Assembly (NCBI GenBank): GCA_963663765.2
Contig: CAXXUA010000006.1
Span: forward strand, 64,001-128,000
Direction of reading: 5' to 3'
Length of the DNA: 64,000 bases
Source: Candidatus Poribacteria bacterium
GTDB lineage: Bacteria; Poribacteria; WGA-4E; WGA-3G
This document shows, in pieces, positions 1-10,981 of the stretch. A program made the position numbers and the translations under genes. The notes beneath the pieces are model-generated. The model had not been told where the DNA came from. It saw only the letters and a program-made list of their open reading frames with translations, and searched no databases. The first letter of the stretch is position 1. Each line of letters starts with the position of its first letter.

Positions 1-641
1 ATATCTTCAATTTGTCTATTTACACCAGTTGGGTCTGCTTGTTGTGAGAGAAAATCTTGATATAGTTCAGTGTTAATTGTTCCAGGACATAGACTGTTGA
101 CCCGTATGTTGTCCTCTGCATAGCGGACCGCCATGCTGCGAGTGAGATGTACCACAGCTGCCTTTGATGATGTATAGGCAGGGTGCATTGGAAAACCGAC
201 AAAAGCGGATTCACTTCCCATGTTTATGATTGAACCGCCTTCTGCTTCCCGCATCAACGGTATTATTTCTCGTGATACGAGAAAAATGCTCTTCACATTG
301 ACAGCGTATTGTCTATCCCAATCTGTATCAGAAATCTGTTCTAATTCACCTACGACAGCGATACCAGCATTGTTCACTAATACATTTGGGATCCCGATTT
401 CAGAGGTAACCCGTTGTATTGCAGCTTGTATTTGCTTTGTATCTGTAACATCACACGAACAGAAGATCGCAGTACCCTCATTTTCCAGTATTTTCTGCGT
501 AGTTTTCTGACCGCGTTCATCATTTATGTCCCAAACAGCAACGGATGCTCCTTCAGCAGCAAAATATTCAGCACATTTTGCACCAATTCCTCTCGCTGCA
601 CCTGTTATAATTGCAATCTTACCATTTAAACGGTTTGCCAT
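1..641 (-). CDS. SDR family oxidoreductase (3' end runs off window)
   Basis: Manual translation from ATG at 641: MANRLNGKIAIITGAARGIG (TGxxxGxG Rossmann motif), later LVNNAGI and YxxSK. Not in ORF track because truncated. Confidence 0.9.
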   Translation of the reverse strand, partial: MANRLNGKIAIITGAARGIGAKCAEYFAAEGASVAVWDINDERGQKTTQKILENEGTAIFCSCDVTDTKQIQAAIQRVTSEIGIPNVLVNNAGIAVVGELEQISDTDWDRQYAVNVKSIFLVSREIIPLMREAEGGSIINMGSESAFVGFPMHPAYTSSKAAVVHLTRSMAVRYAEDNIRVNSLCPGTINTELYQDFLSQQADPTGVNRQIED

Positions 642-680
642 TTTTCAATCTTGATATCTTGAATAAAATCCAATGTAAGT

Positions 681-1490
681 TTAGAGTTCACCCAGAAGTT
701 TTACCCACCGTTGCCATGCTGATTTGACAGCAGCTATCTGAGCATCGTTTGCATTTTCATCCATTCCGCGACGTAAAAATGCGTGTCCAACCCCTTTATA
801 GATTACAGGTTCATAAGTGACTTTTGCATCCTCAGCTGCCTTTTTTGTGGTTTCAATAGTTGCGTTTATACGATTATCACTTTCACCATAAAAGCCGTAG
901 ACTGGTGCAGTGATTTTAGCGACATCCTCAGTTCGTGGTGCAGACCCGTAAAACACAAAAGCACCAGCGATTTTGTCAGAGTGTACTGCATAACTAAAAG
1001 TTTTTGCACCACCCCAACAGAAACCTGAAACTGCGACTTTTTCGTTTGTTGAAGGTAATTCTTGTACGTATTTTCGTACAGCATCAAGGTCAGTGTTAAC
1101 ACCTTCTTGTGTGAGATTTCGTATGGCGCGGCGTGCATCATCACCGGAGTCAAAACTCTCGGTACCCCCACCCTCTGGTCCCATTCCCGATAGCAGGTCA
1201 GGACAAATCGCAACATAACCATCAGCAGCAAGTTTATCCGCTACAAGTCTAATCCAGTCGGTCAAACCAAATATTTCGTGTATGACGATGATTGCAGTTG
1301 CAGGTTCTTTCACCTCTGGAAATACAATGAAGGCATTGACTTCGCGTTTATCGGATACTGTTATTTTTACCCACTCTCCATGCCGTGGTGATTTTTCTAA
1401 TTGTTCTATTATGCTGTCAGCATTTGCATAGTTTGCCAAGAACAGTCCTAACGAAAAGATAGATAACAAAAAAATTACATAGTTTTTCAT
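681..1490 (-). CDS. Dienelactone hydrolase family protein, signal peptide
   Basis: HEIFGL, GFCWGG nucleophile motif, GHAF; N-terminal signal peptide. Confidence 0.9.
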   Translation of the reverse strand: MKNYVIFLLSIFSLGLFLANYANADSIIEQLEKSPRHGEWVKITVSDKREVNAFIVFPEVKEPATAIIVIHEIFGLTDWIRLVADKLAADGYVAICPDLLSGMGPEGGGTESFDSGDDARRAIRNLTQEGVNTDLDAVRKYVQELPSTNEKVAVSGFCWGGAKTFSYAVHSDKIAGAFVFYGSAPRTEDVAKITAPVYGFYGESDNRINATIETTKKAAEDAKVTYEPVIYKGVGHAFLRRGMDENANDAQIAAVKSAWQRWVKLLGEL

Positions 1491-1565
1491 AAATTCTCCT
1501 TTATTCTAATGTCTGTATAGGCTATAAATAGGTGTGCGTACTTCAGTACTAAGCATAATGTATTA

Positions 1566-1653
1566 TACCCAATTAGCGTGATTCGTCTTGCTAAGTGTGC
1601 GGTTAGGAAACCGCACCTACCGTTGGAAAAAGATAAATTCCGTTTATTTGGTA
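1566..1653. repeat. 88-bp MITE-like element (TACC...GGTA ends, TTA duplication) with REP-like hairpin; second copy 45979-46066
   Basis: Flanked by TTA on both sides; internal GTGCGGTTAGGAAACCGCACCTAC hairpin; copies appear identical. Confidence 0.85.
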
Positions 1654-1745
1654 TTATACTGTATGACGGGTTGTTTTGGTTGTCTCCATGATGGATTCTA
1701 TAGACAAGTATACCAACCAAATGTTAATTAATAGTATTATATGGT

Positions 1746-2786
1746 CTACTTCTGATTTGCTACTTGAATAATGGATTCAACGACCTTCTGCATCTCAGGG
1801 GATGGTAGTGTACCAATTAACAGAAAGCGAATGTCAGAACTTGACCAACCGAATGCCGTGGTAGGTCCACGGTGAAATTTGTGAACGTCTGTATTGGCTA
1901 TTTTTATAACGGGAGCAGGTCTATCTCGGCGCGGTGTATCACCAGTAACTTCAATTATGTTGAACTCCAACATGCCATCTGTGTATTTGAACTGGATTGG
2001 ATGACTATCTCTATACTGATGTTTTTGTATATTCTGTAGTTGGAATCCTTGTGGGATAAATTTCGGTTGGATAGGTTTTTTCTTTAGGACTTTTTTTGCT
2101 TCAGCGAGTGTGATGGTTCTGTCTTTTCTGGGGTTTGAATTTATTTCTTCCTTGATAACATCCCATTTATTATTAACGACTTTTGGTTCAAAACTGATTC
2201 TTGTGTAAACAAACATTCTTCTAAAGATACCATCTGCATCAAAATCCTGTACTTTTAGGATGACTCCGTTTTTTCGTGCAAAATAGATGTGTTTAGAAGG
2301 TCTACCAGGGAATTTGGGTTTTATGATTAAGATATCTGTCTCATATCCTGCGATTTTTTCTCCCCAACGTGTATGTTTTAATTCATAATTCTGTGCAACG
2401 AGTTCAATTTCCTTTGTAGTGAATTGACTTCTTTGTCGTTCCCACCTAAATTCTCTTCCTCTTCTTCTACGATCATCTCTGTTTCTGTCGGTATCTTGGT
2501 TTTGGTTGTCTTGATCATTTTCTTTTTCAGCGGGTTTATGTTGTCCAAGTACTGATTCTACCTTATAGAATGAGTTCTTAGCAGTATTATGTACTACAAT
2601 TTCTTCCATCGTCCGTGAACCGTTGGAGGTAATATATGTTCTCAGACGGAGACCTATATATGCCACATCTTTTTCAGCGTCTGCGACCCGTTCTAACGTA
2701 GTTACATCAGCTGATATAGAGGTAGATGCAAAGAAAACAAGCGATAATGATATACATGTAGAAACATATACTGTTTTTATTTGCAT
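1746..2786 (-). CDS. MucB/RseB-like periplasmic sigma-E regulatory protein
   Basis: Signal peptide, NYEL..EKIAGYET..IKPK and PKFIPQGFQL motifs; downstream of ECF sigma and anti-sigma. Confidence 0.7.
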   Translation of the reverse strand: MQIKTVYVSTCISLSLVFFASTSISADVTTLERVADAEKDVAYIGLRLRTYITSNGSRTMEEIVVHNTAKNSFYKVESVLGQHKPAEKENDQDNQNQDTDRNRDDRRRRGREFRWERQRSQFTTKEIELVAQNYELKHTRWGEKIAGYETDILIIKPKFPGRPSKHIYFARKNGVILKVQDFDADGIFRRMFVYTRISFEPKVVNNKWDVIKEEINSNPRKDRTITLAEAKKVLKKKPIQPKFIPQGFQLQNIQKHQYRDSHPIQFKYTDGMLEFNIIEVTGDTPRRDRPAPVIKIANTDVHKFHRGPTTAFGWSSSDIRFLLIGTLPSPEMQKVVESIIQVANQK

Positions 2787-2843
2787 GAGTTCACCCCAGA
2801 AGTAGATTCATTTTGAAGGTTATTCACCTAAATATTTGAAGGT

Positions 2844-3356
2844 TTATTCACCTAAATACAAAATAAGAAATTCCTCAGTATTATCACCGTTTTCTTCAAT
2901 ATATGTAGTAGTATCACTTATTGGTATTGCTATATTTGATTTCAGCGGATTATTTGCAACCTCTTCTGTGTGAATTCCATAGTAGAAATCAAGGAGTTCA
3001 TCATATTGAGGAGCGGGTGAATACGTAAGAAAGTAGAACGCAACAATGATACAGATGGTTGAAAAGGCTGTAGTACCAACAGTAAATGGACGAAATACCC
3101 AGCGTTTGAAAACGTGAACAAACTTTTCCCACGAAGTAGTATTTGCATCCCGTATTCTTGCTAATACAACATGCTTTATTGATGGAGTAGGCTGTTGTAA
3201 CGCAGCAATCATCTGTCGGTTTTGTCGAAAAGATGACAACATCTCAGTACATTCTTGGCAAGAATGAAGATGGTTATCAATCTTACTACGTAATTCGGGT
3301 GTTAATTCATCATCTAAATATGCTGAAATATGCTTTTGTATTCGTTGATGTTTCAT
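2844..3356 (-). CDS. Zinc-finger (ZAS) anti-sigma factor with TM helix
   Basis: SAYLDDEL...HLHSCQEC (HxxxCxxC) plus one TM segment. Confidence 0.85.
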   Translation of the reverse strand: MKHQRIQKHISAYLDDELTPELRSKIDNHLHSCQECTEMLSSFRQNRQMIAALQQPTPSIKHVVLARIRDANTTSWEKFVHVFKRWVFRPFTVGTTAFSTICIIVAFYFLTYSPAPQYDELLDFYYGIHTEEVANNPLKSNIAIPISDTTTYIEENGDNTEEFLILYLGE

Positions 3357-3452
3357 ATTTCTAAACCACTTTATAGTTAACGACTACCAATGTAACGCAC
3401 ATTATAGTCTTTTGGGTTAATATTCTATCTACCTTTAATAAATCAGACAGTT

Positions 3453-4106
3453 CTACCAATCAATTCTCTCAAGCTCAGCTTTTAATGCTTTTCTCGCTTC
3501 ATGTAATCTGGATTTTACGCGTCCAAGTGTACAATTGAGTACTTCAGCGATTTCTTCATAAGAGAGTTCACGTAATTCACGTAGGATCAGGATTGTTCTA
3601 TAACTTTCTTTTAATTTACCTAAAGCAGTATGGAGTATTTCACTTTGTTCAGATCGGAGAACTTCCTGTTCTGGTGTAACGGTATCAAGTGGTACCCAAG
3701 GTTGGGAATCATCAATCTCCATAGGATCAGTTTTTCTACGTTTACGTTGATCAATTACATTCAGACATTTATTCCTGACGATTCGGTAAAGCCATGTAGA
3801 GAAACGTGATCTGAACTGAAATTTGTGTATGTTCTCCCACACTGATACGAAAGTGTCTTGTGCTGCGTCCTGTGCATCTTCATGGTGTCCAAGAATACCA
3901 TAAGCGATGTTGTAGACCCAATGTTGGTACTGCACAATTAAGGTACCCATTGCGTCCGTATCCCGTTCTTGACAGCGTAATATGAGTTCACGTTCCTGCT
4001 GAGTGTCAAAATCTTCCACTTGGATTATATCCGAAAATGTTTCCATATTTGTGGTAAGCGTCTTAACGGACATTAATTCCTCCAGAAGATAAATAGAGTT
4101 CCACAA
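3453..4106 (-). CDS. ECF RNA polymerase sigma factor (RpoE/SigW-like)
   Basis: DAQDAAQDTF, FSTWLYRI, LSYEEIAEVL..GRVKSRLHEAR; true start may be a downstream ATG. Confidence 0.92.
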   Translation of the reverse strand: MWNSIYLLEELMSVKTLTTNMETFSDIIQVEDFDTQQERELILRCQERDTDAMGTLIVQYQHWVYNIAYGILGHHEDAQDAAQDTFVSVWENIHKFQFRSRFSTWLYRIVRNKCLNVIDQRKRRKTDPMEIDDSQPWVPLDTVTPEQEVLRSEQSEILHTALGKLKESYRTILILRELRELSYEEIAEVLNCTLGRVKSRLHEARKALKAELERIDW

Positions 4107-4198
4107 AGATTTGTGACTACAAAGTTATTCTTTTAATCGTTTAGACAAAAGATAAATATAAAGGTTCATTTTTTCTGGAGTATTCCGTTAATTTGAAT

Positions 4199-6709
4199 TT
4201 ACTGTATCTTATTTTTTGCACCTGGTGTCATCTGAACGAGTTGGAAATTACCTGATGCATTAGGAAATCGTCCTATTGCACTATCATTTTCAGACTTTCC
4301 AAAAGTTATTGTATCAAGAATCAGATTTCCACGTGCATCACTATCCACGAGCATAACCGTTTCGCCGTTGCGAGACAATTTGAAGTTTGCATGTAATCCT
4401 TCAGTCGCTTTACCATCTTCATCCAACCAAATGATCAAGTATCCCATTGGGGGTATCGTTGTGTTTTCTGGGAACTTCCATTTCTTAAGATTGTCAGTTT
4501 TATCAGTAAGATACATGCCTGTGAGTATTACGGGTTTATTTGTCGTATTGTGAAGTTCCAACCAATCTTCGTATTCTCCCTGCGGATCAACAATACTTTT
4601 TGTATTTGCTGGCATGAGTTCGTTAATTATAACGTCTGAGTTCTTAGCATGTTGCACTGTAACATTGTAATGCATTGCTCCAAATTCTGCACGTGCAGGA
4701 GAAAAAGTTGTTGTCCCTTGTGTTTTCACTGTACTTGCTTCAACATAATAATAAACGCTTGTTCCCGCTGGAAACGCAGGAATGGTTCCTTTGTATTCAT
4801 ATCCATGCTTTTCCATCTCGATTTCATTAAACACGCCATAGCGATCAGTTGCATAGTACAGTAAAACCGAATCTGGTTCAACTGTTTTCTCTATTTCAGT
4901 TGAAATCTTGACAGGTTTATTGTGCAAAGGTTTGTCAGGTGTTGAAACCGATAGAATCTCTGGTACTGGTTTTGTCAATTCTGGGTGATTGAGTAGGAAC
5001 TCTCGTCTTTGTGTTACAAACTGCTTTAAACTTGATGAACGACCGGTACCTTGACCATCAGCACTTGTTGTGAAGTCTAGGTATCTATATAGTTTCTTGT
5101 CATCTTTTTGTACTTCATCATCTATAAGTGATTGATATTCCTCTACGGTTGGTTGAAGCACATCCCAATCAAGCCATTCATCAACAACTGTTCGAACGTG
5201 TGCAATATATCTTGCTTTCCATTCTGGGACACTGAGTAGTCTACTTATGACTGGTCTCATTTCGTTTTCACTATGTGTCGTGGGAGAGACCAATCCTGAA
5301 GTTAATTCTCCCCAAGACCATCCACCCGGTCCTCTACCACCAGGACCGCCACGTCCAGCCCGACCGAATCTGAAACTCTCATTGTTATCGTGCGAAATAA
5401 GATGAAATCTATCATTGACATCTTGATAGATTGAATAATCGCCGCCTTTGTGTATATACCCATCGTCATCCATAAAGACATTTGAGACTGCAAGCTGCCA
5501 AAGTGCTTGGTCAATGTTAAACTTTTCAGGTAAATTTGATACTAATTCTGCATCAGATGTCTTTGAATCAAGCAATTCTGTGAGTGCTATCAACTTTTCC
5601 CAGGGGTTTCCAACATTAGCAGTTTTTAGTTGATATGTACGTTCGTACTGTGCGATTTCCTGTCCAAGATATGTCAAGGCGCCACCACCTGGACCTATTT
5701 TCCAACGGATACCGTCTCGGGTTCCAAACCATTCAGCCAAAAAGTCTTTGTTGTATTGCTGTAGATTAATATAGATCCCCCAGTTTTCACCGTTGATTAC
5801 TAATTTTACAAAGTTCGTCTTCATTGCAGGCATGTAATCTCTTGCAATACGGTTGTAAAGCACTTCTCTCACAAAGGAAGTATCAACGTGTCCATTCAGC
5901 AAATTGAGTGTTTTATATCCATACAAACGTTGCTTATCATCCCCATAGTCAATCGCTAAATTGAAGGACTTTTTCTCAGATTCAACGGTGAAATAAGAGG
6001 ACGTACCTCGAACTCTGACGCCTATTTCTGAATAAACCTTACCATCCACGACCAGTTCAGCGGGTACTTCAACATCGGTGCGATAAAATGCATTTAGTTG
6101 TGCATACCAATCATCATCTGGGAATCGCAGATAAAGTGTTCGTAGTGTTCCAGAATCATAGAAATCAGGTGAGTTTTCTGGTTTTGCGTCCAGACTTGCT
6201 TTTACGTCATCTTGAATATTACCCGTGGGTGTTCCAGCACTTTGTTCAGGATTATATGCCCTACCTCGAGATGAAAGTGCTGCTTTCCGTTCATCTCCTG
6301 TTAGTTGTCCATCTTTATTCTTATCAAATAGTGTGACTATTTTCTCAGGAGCACGAGGTCCACCACGGCGACCTTGAGGTGGGCGACCACCCCTATCAGC
6401 ACCTTGTGGCGGACCACCTCTATCAAAGCTTGGTGGAGGTCCAGCTACTCCTCTGTTTGCCCCACTATTTGCAATTCTTTCAATTTCATCGCGTGTGAGT
6501 TTTTCATCAGTAAATGCTTCTAAACTTGTAACTTGAAACAAAAGTTGATCTTCATCAGGAGTGAGTATTCCGTTGTCATCAAGGTCAAAACGTTTTTGAT
6601 CATCTGTAAGTTTAGCAGACTCACTGTCTTGTGCATAGGTATAAGTTGTTAAACATAATAGTATTCCAATCAGTAGTATTAATTTCACTTGATTCATGAT
6701 TGTCTCCAT
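4199..6709 (-). CDS. CotH kinase family protein with EF-hand-like motifs and C-terminal lamin-tail domain
   Basis: GVRVRGTSS/KKSF, LVINGENWGIY, VIINELM..EDWLELHN; DLDDNGILTPDE and DKNKDGQLTGDE motifs. Confidence 0.85.
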   Translation of the reverse strand: METIMNQVKLILLIGILLCLTTYTYAQDSESAKLTDDQKRFDLDDNGILTPDEDQLLFQVTSLEAFTDEKLTRDEIERIANSGANRGVAGPPPSFDRGGPPQGADRGGRPPQGRRGGPRAPEKIVTLFDKNKDGQLTGDERKAALSSRGRAYNPEQSAGTPTGNIQDDVKASLDAKPENSPDFYDSGTLRTLYLRFPDDDWYAQLNAFYRTDVEVPAELVVDGKVYSEIGVRVRGTSSYFTVESEKKSFNLAIDYGDDKQRLYGYKTLNLLNGHVDTSFVREVLYNRIARDYMPAMKTNFVKLVINGENWGIYINLQQYNKDFLAEWFGTRDGIRWKIGPGGGALTYLGQEIAQYERTYQLKTANVGNPWEKLIALTELLDSKTSDAELVSNLPEKFNIDQALWQLAVSNVFMDDDGYIHKGGDYSIYQDVNDRFHLISHDNNESFRFGRAGRGGPGGRGPGGWSWGELTSGLVSPTTHSENEMRPVISRLLSVPEWKARYIAHVRTVVDEWLDWDVLQPTVEEYQSLIDDEVQKDDKKLYRYLDFTTSADGQGTGRSSSLKQFVTQRREFLLNHPELTKPVPEILSVSTPDKPLHNKPVKISTEIEKTVEPDSVLLYYATDRYGVFNEIEMEKHGYEYKGTIPAFPAGTSVYYYVEASTVKTQGTTTFSPARAEFGAMHYNVTVQHAKNSDVIINELMPANTKSIVDPQGEYEDWLELHNTTNKPVILTGMYLTDKTDNLKKWKFPENTTIPPMGYLIIWLDEDGKATEGLHANFKLSRNGETVMLVDSDARGNLILDTITFGKSENDSAIGRFPNASGNFQLVQMTPGAKNKIQ

Positions 6710-6757
6710 ATAAGTTTTTCAATATAAGACAGCAAGTAATGAGTATTGTTCGTGATT

Positions 6758-7408
6758 TTATTCTCTATCTAACTTTACTTCTGTAATATAATCATTCTTT
6801 GACAACTCATTAAAAAATGCAATCCAAGTTTCGGGCTTTGCCAATTTTATCCGAAAGTTCATTTCTATTAATTGTGATCTTTTTATACGTTTATCAGTTA
6901 GTCGTTCATGTATGACATACTTATCAAAGATTGGACGATATACTTGCTCAGATTGTTCATTCGGTGGTAGACAAAACTCAAGATGAAATTCGTTATCTTT
7001 AGCAAAATGTTGATGCCAATAATAGATGCAAAGAATAATGATACCTATTAGAAATGTTGCTAGAATTGCAACGGTAGGACTTCCCGCTCCTACAGCCATT
7101 CCTGCTGCTAATGCATAAAACACAAAACCAATGTCACGCGGGTCTTGAATTGCAGTACGAAAACGAATTATAGATAGTGCACCGACAAGACTAAATGCAC
7201 GTGCAATACTATCACCGATGATGACCATCACCACTGATATCAACATACACAATATTATAAGTGTATCAGTAAAAGATTTCTGAGGACCTTTTGCATGTGT
7301 CCATTGATAGATTAATACAATAAATACGCTCAGTGAAAAAGAAAGGAGGATTCTAAGTGCATTCTCACCAAGCGAGATAGCCGTCGGTAATGTAATAAAG
7401 TCTAACAA
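6758..7408 (-). CDS. DUF4956 family membrane protein
   Basis: AFSLVGALSIIRFRTAIQDPRD signature. Confidence 0.85.
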   Translation of the reverse strand: MLDFITLPTAISLGENALRILLSFSLSVFIVLIYQWTHAKGPQKSFTDTLIILCMLISVVMVIIGDSIARAFSLVGALSIIRFRTAIQDPRDIGFVFYALAAGMAVGAGSPTVAILATFLIGIIILCIYYWHQHFAKDNEFHLEFCLPPNEQSEQVYRPIFDKYVIHERLTDKRIKRSQLIEMNFRIKLAKPETWIAFFNELSKNDYITEVKLDRE

Positions 7409-7591
7409 AATATGTATTCCATTTTTTCTTCTTTTTTATACCAATAGATGTGTTACTTGACACTTTTTTTCGTGTTGTGTAACAGATCTGTGTGCGGATC
7501 ACCACATTTATATTTCTGTTAACAAAGCCAATTATTCAATGAATATTATATCAGATTTAGACAAAAATACGCAAGAATTGTTGTAATAAAT

Positions 7592-8107
7592 CAGGGTTTT
7601 TTAGTTTTAACAGTTTTCTGTTATACCATTTCATGTGATAATGTCTCATTTGCAGCGGAAATCTGGTAGGAGCGACCTCCCGGTCGCGACCGGGAGGTCG
7701 CTCCTACCGAAGAGAGTAACCCCCCTGCTAGTAAACAGTAGAATTCCTTAATGAGACAAGATTTATTTGAATGGATATTATTTAGATTTACTGAAAGTTA
7801 ATACACGGGTTCGGTTTCCTAACCGAATTTTACGCATCAATTTTAATTTATTGAAAACTGAATATCACTCTTTAGTCCCGTAGGGACGATATGTTTATAG
7901 ATAACGAATACCCTCCCCATGTCTTTAGTCCCGTAGGGACGATATGTTTATTCTTCTATGTCGTTCCTACGGAACTCAATTGGAGTGGAAAACATTTTCT
8001 ATAAACATATCGTCCCTACGGGGTTAAAGAACTGGACACGATGGTATCACATAAAATTAACGACATAGCAAAATATTATCAAAAATATTGAAAACTAAAT
8101 AACCCTG
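7592..8107. mobile_element. ISAs1-derived MITE with REP-like interior and a nested MITE
   Basis: TIRs CAGGGTT(T)TTTAGTTTT / AAAACTAAATAACCCTG match ISAs1 at 10982; 9-bp TSD GTAATAAAT. Confidence 0.9.
7624..7777. mobile_element. 154-bp TACC-ended MITE carrying a GTAG REP-like palindrome (nested)
   Basis: TTA duplication; GTAGGAGCGACCTCCCGGTCGCGACCGGGAGGTCGCTCCTAC; copies at 36959, 49688, 49845. Confidence 0.85.
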
Positions 8108-8119
8108 GTAATAAATGTG

Positions 8120-9595
8120 TCAATTATTATTTACGCGGGTAAGGGGACCTATGAAGATTGCAGAAAATAGTAGGATAAGTAGAGCATAAGGTGCTGCTTG
8201 TGCAAACATCGCTTCACTCGTGTAATCCCAGACATTCGCAGCTAAGGTTTCATATTCAGCAGGTCGTAGGAGAACTGTCAGCGGCAATTCTTTCATTGTA
8301 GCAAGAAAAACGAGAACCGACGCGGTCAACACACTTGGGGTTAGAAGTGGTACTATCGACCTAAAAAATGCTTTTACATGTGAACAACCAAGTGAACGCG
8401 CTGCTTCTTCCAAATGAGGTGAGGCTTGATAGAGAGAACTACGAACCGGTCCAATTGCTTCAGCAAGGAAATGTAAAATACACGCTACAATAAGAACAAG
8501 AATTGTATCGTAACTTCCTAAAAAAAAGATAATTGATAATGCAAACGCAAGCGGTGGAATTGCATAGACAATGTATGGAATCCTACCTAAAATATCAGGC
8601 AAACGTGAAGTATAGCGTACACTTACATAGGCAAAAGGAACTGCTAAGACCGCACAGCACACAGCAGATGGAACTGCAACACCAATAGAACCGATTAGTG
8701 ATTCAAACAGATCTTTTAGTGCTAATACTTCAAACCCTCTGAATACCCATAAAAAAACAGTTAATGCCGGTATTCCTACAGTTACAAAAATCAATATACA
8801 AAGATATATATAACTGGATATTTTCCATTTTCGTAGCGGTATTAGTGTTCTATGACGGGTCGCACCTTGTCCTGTTCTATATAGTAATACTTTACCCAAT
8901 AATTTCGTTTCCATATAGAGTAGACAGCCAGTAAAACCAAGCAGTATTAACCCGAGCCATGCAGCATAGTTATAATCAAATGCAGCGTTATATTCAAGGT
9001 ACAGTGCATAACTAAATGTCTCAAAACGCATCAACGAAACAACACCGAAATCTCCCAGTACATGCAAACTAATGAGTAGTCCTGCAGAAAAAAAAGCAGG
9101 ACGTATTTGGGGAAGTATAACATGAACGAAAACACGCCACTGACTGTGTCCGAGACTTCTTGCTGATTCCTCAAGATTCGGGTCAAGTCCCATGAAAGCA
9201 GTCCGTAAATTTAGAAACAGATATGGACATGTGTAAAAGGAGAGTGCGATTAGAGATCCCCAATAACCGCTAAGACGTGGGATGCTTTTACCGAAGAGTA
9301 TTGCAATTATTCCATTGTTTCCACCGAGTGCAAGGAGGGCATAAGCCATAACATAACCAGGAATTGCTAAAGGTAACGCGCAAAGTACACTGAAAGTTCG
9401 TTTACCTTGAAGGTGTGCATGTGTAGTCAACCATGCTGCAGGTGTTGCTAATAGGATATCCAGTATGATCACACCCACCATCAATAAAAGCGTGTTCAAA
9501 AATAGTTTCACATTTCGCATGCGAAACAAATTTTCAACGAGTGCTGTTCCTTCAACATCAAACGCTTTAGCAACAAGATATCCTAAGGGTATCAA
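8120..9595 (-). CDS. Fe3+ ABC transporter permease (FbpB/FutB-like)
   Basis: Two EAA loops (LEESARSLG, LEEAARSLG); start may be ~90 bp further upstream near 9677. Confidence 0.88.
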   Translation of the reverse strand: MIPLGYLVAKAFDVEGTALVENLFRMRNVKLFLNTLLLMVGVIILDILLATPAAWLTTHAHLQGKRTFSVLCALPLAIPGYVMAYALLALGGNNGIIAILFGKSIPRLSGYWGSLIALSFYTCPYLFLNLRTAFMGLDPNLEESARSLGHSQWRVFVHVILPQIRPAFFSAGLLISLHVLGDFGVVSLMRFETFSYALYLEYNAAFDYNYAAWLGLILLGFTGCLLYMETKLLGKVLLYRTGQGATRHRTLIPLRKWKISSYIYLCILIFVTVGIPALTVFLWVFRGFEVLALKDLFESLIGSIGVAVPSAVCCAVLAVPFAYVSVRYTSRLPDILGRIPYIVYAIPPLAFALSIIFFLGSYDTILVLIVACILHFLAEAIGPVRSSLYQASPHLEEAARSLGCSHVKAFFRSIVPLLTPSVLTASVLVFLATMKELPLTVLLRPAEYETLAANVWDYTSEAMFAQAAPYALLILLFSAIFIGPLTRVNNN

Positions 9596-9716
9596 TCCAC
9601 AGACTACAGCACAGATTGCTGGAATGAAGATGTACCATCTCTGTACAACGTTTAAAAAGTTTCGTTGTGTATTGATGATTCACCTCAATATTGCTGCAAT
9701 TACATTCAATACTTGT

Positions 9717-10727
9717 CTACATAATACCAACGCGACGTAGTAGATTGATGGTACCTTCAAGATCATCCATCTCATTTAGATTGAATTTGGGAACTAATTT
9801 TAACAAATCTTTTAAGGGGACTAACTTCGGATTAGGTATTACACCTTGTATCATAGGATATTCAAAAACTTCACCAACGAAGTATTGCTGTGCTTTTGAA
9901 GAGAGGAGGAAATCAATGAATTTGAGAGCTGTTTCTTTATCTTCACTACTTTTAAGCAACCCAATTCCTGCTATGTTTACGAGATTTCCTGGGTCATTTG
10001 CTTTGAAAAAGGTCTGTTCAACAGGATAATTTGAATTGCCTTTCTTAAAACGGAATAGATAGTAATGGTTTGGCAGCCCGAGGTCAATTTCTCCTGCTGC
10101 GAGTGCCTCAATAATCGCTGTATTCTTAGGATATGCTTTTGCCCCGTTTGCTTTCATATCACGTACCCATTTTTCTGTGCGTTCTTCGCCAACCTGTGCT
10201 CGCAACGCTGTTACAAAAGCTTGGAAGGATGCGTTCAGTGGTGCCCAACCAACCTTTCCTTTCCACTTCGGATCTGTCAATTCAAAAACACTTTCCGGTA
10301 GTTTGTCTTCTTTAACACGTTCAGGGGAATAGGCTAAGACCCGCGCTCTTCCGCTCGTAGCGATCCAATATCCATCGGATTGTCTGAATGTTTTTGGTGC
10401 TTTCTTGAGGATAGATTTTGGTAGTTTTGTGAACAAATTGTTTTTACTGACAGAACCAAGTGCACCTGCATCCTGTGCCCAAAAAAGAGAAGCATGACTT
10501 TTATCACCTTCTGTTTGGAGTTTTGCAGCTAATTGAGTTGTATTGGCATAACTCACCTTTACTTCAATTCCAGTTTCTTTTTCAAACTGTTGTATAATCG
10601 GTTCAACAAGACTCTTACTTCTACCAGAATAGAGTGTGATTGTTTCGGCATACACTGTTCCAATGAGTGTAAGCAGTAGTAGAATAGGTAGTATGCTACT
10701 ATATAAAACGGGTTGCTTTCTAAACAT
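9717..10727 (-). CDS. Fe3+ ABC transporter substrate-binding protein (FbpA/FutA-like)
   Basis: LYSGR, LPNHYY iron-binding tyrosine pair, FEYP; signal peptide. Confidence 0.9.
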   Translation of the reverse strand: MFRKQPVLYSSILPILLLLTLIGTVYAETITLYSGRSKSLVEPIIQQFEKETGIEVKVSYANTTQLAAKLQTEGDKSHASLFWAQDAGALGSVSKNNLFTKLPKSILKKAPKTFRQSDGYWIATSGRARVLAYSPERVKEDKLPESVFELTDPKWKGKVGWAPLNASFQAFVTALRAQVGEERTEKWVRDMKANGAKAYPKNTAIIEALAAGEIDLGLPNHYYLFRFKKGNSNYPVEQTFFKANDPGNLVNIAGIGLLKSSEDKETALKFIDFLLSSKAQQYFVGEVFEYPMIQGVIPNPKLVPLKDLLKLVPKFNLNEMDDLEGTINLLRRVGIM

Positions 10728-10867
10728 TTACATCTCCTTTTTGATCAATGATTATTCAATATATTGCGTGAGTTTTTCTTCTTCTAAAATCTTGTTTTCA
10801 TAGGTTGAAGTTTCAATAGATACAAAAACAGACTTACACTGAAGAATACTCTCAACCAATTTGTCAT

Positions 10868-10886
10868 GATATTGAGACTCATTTTC
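10868..10886. promoter_or_regulatory. Fur box
   Basis: GATATTGAGACTCATTTTC, 15/19 match to GATAATGATAATCATTATC, upstream of iron uptake genes. Confidence 0.75.
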
Positions 10887-10981
10887 ATATTATTTTACTA
10901 TGGTTACTTGACAATACAAACTAAATTTGACATATATTTTACACATAATATCAGTTTATGTCAAATATATTTTACATAATG

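Noticed and set aside
2812-2858. 23/24-bp tandem duplication at the anti-sigma stop codon
   Set aside because: Real but a simple slippage duplication with no change to the protein.
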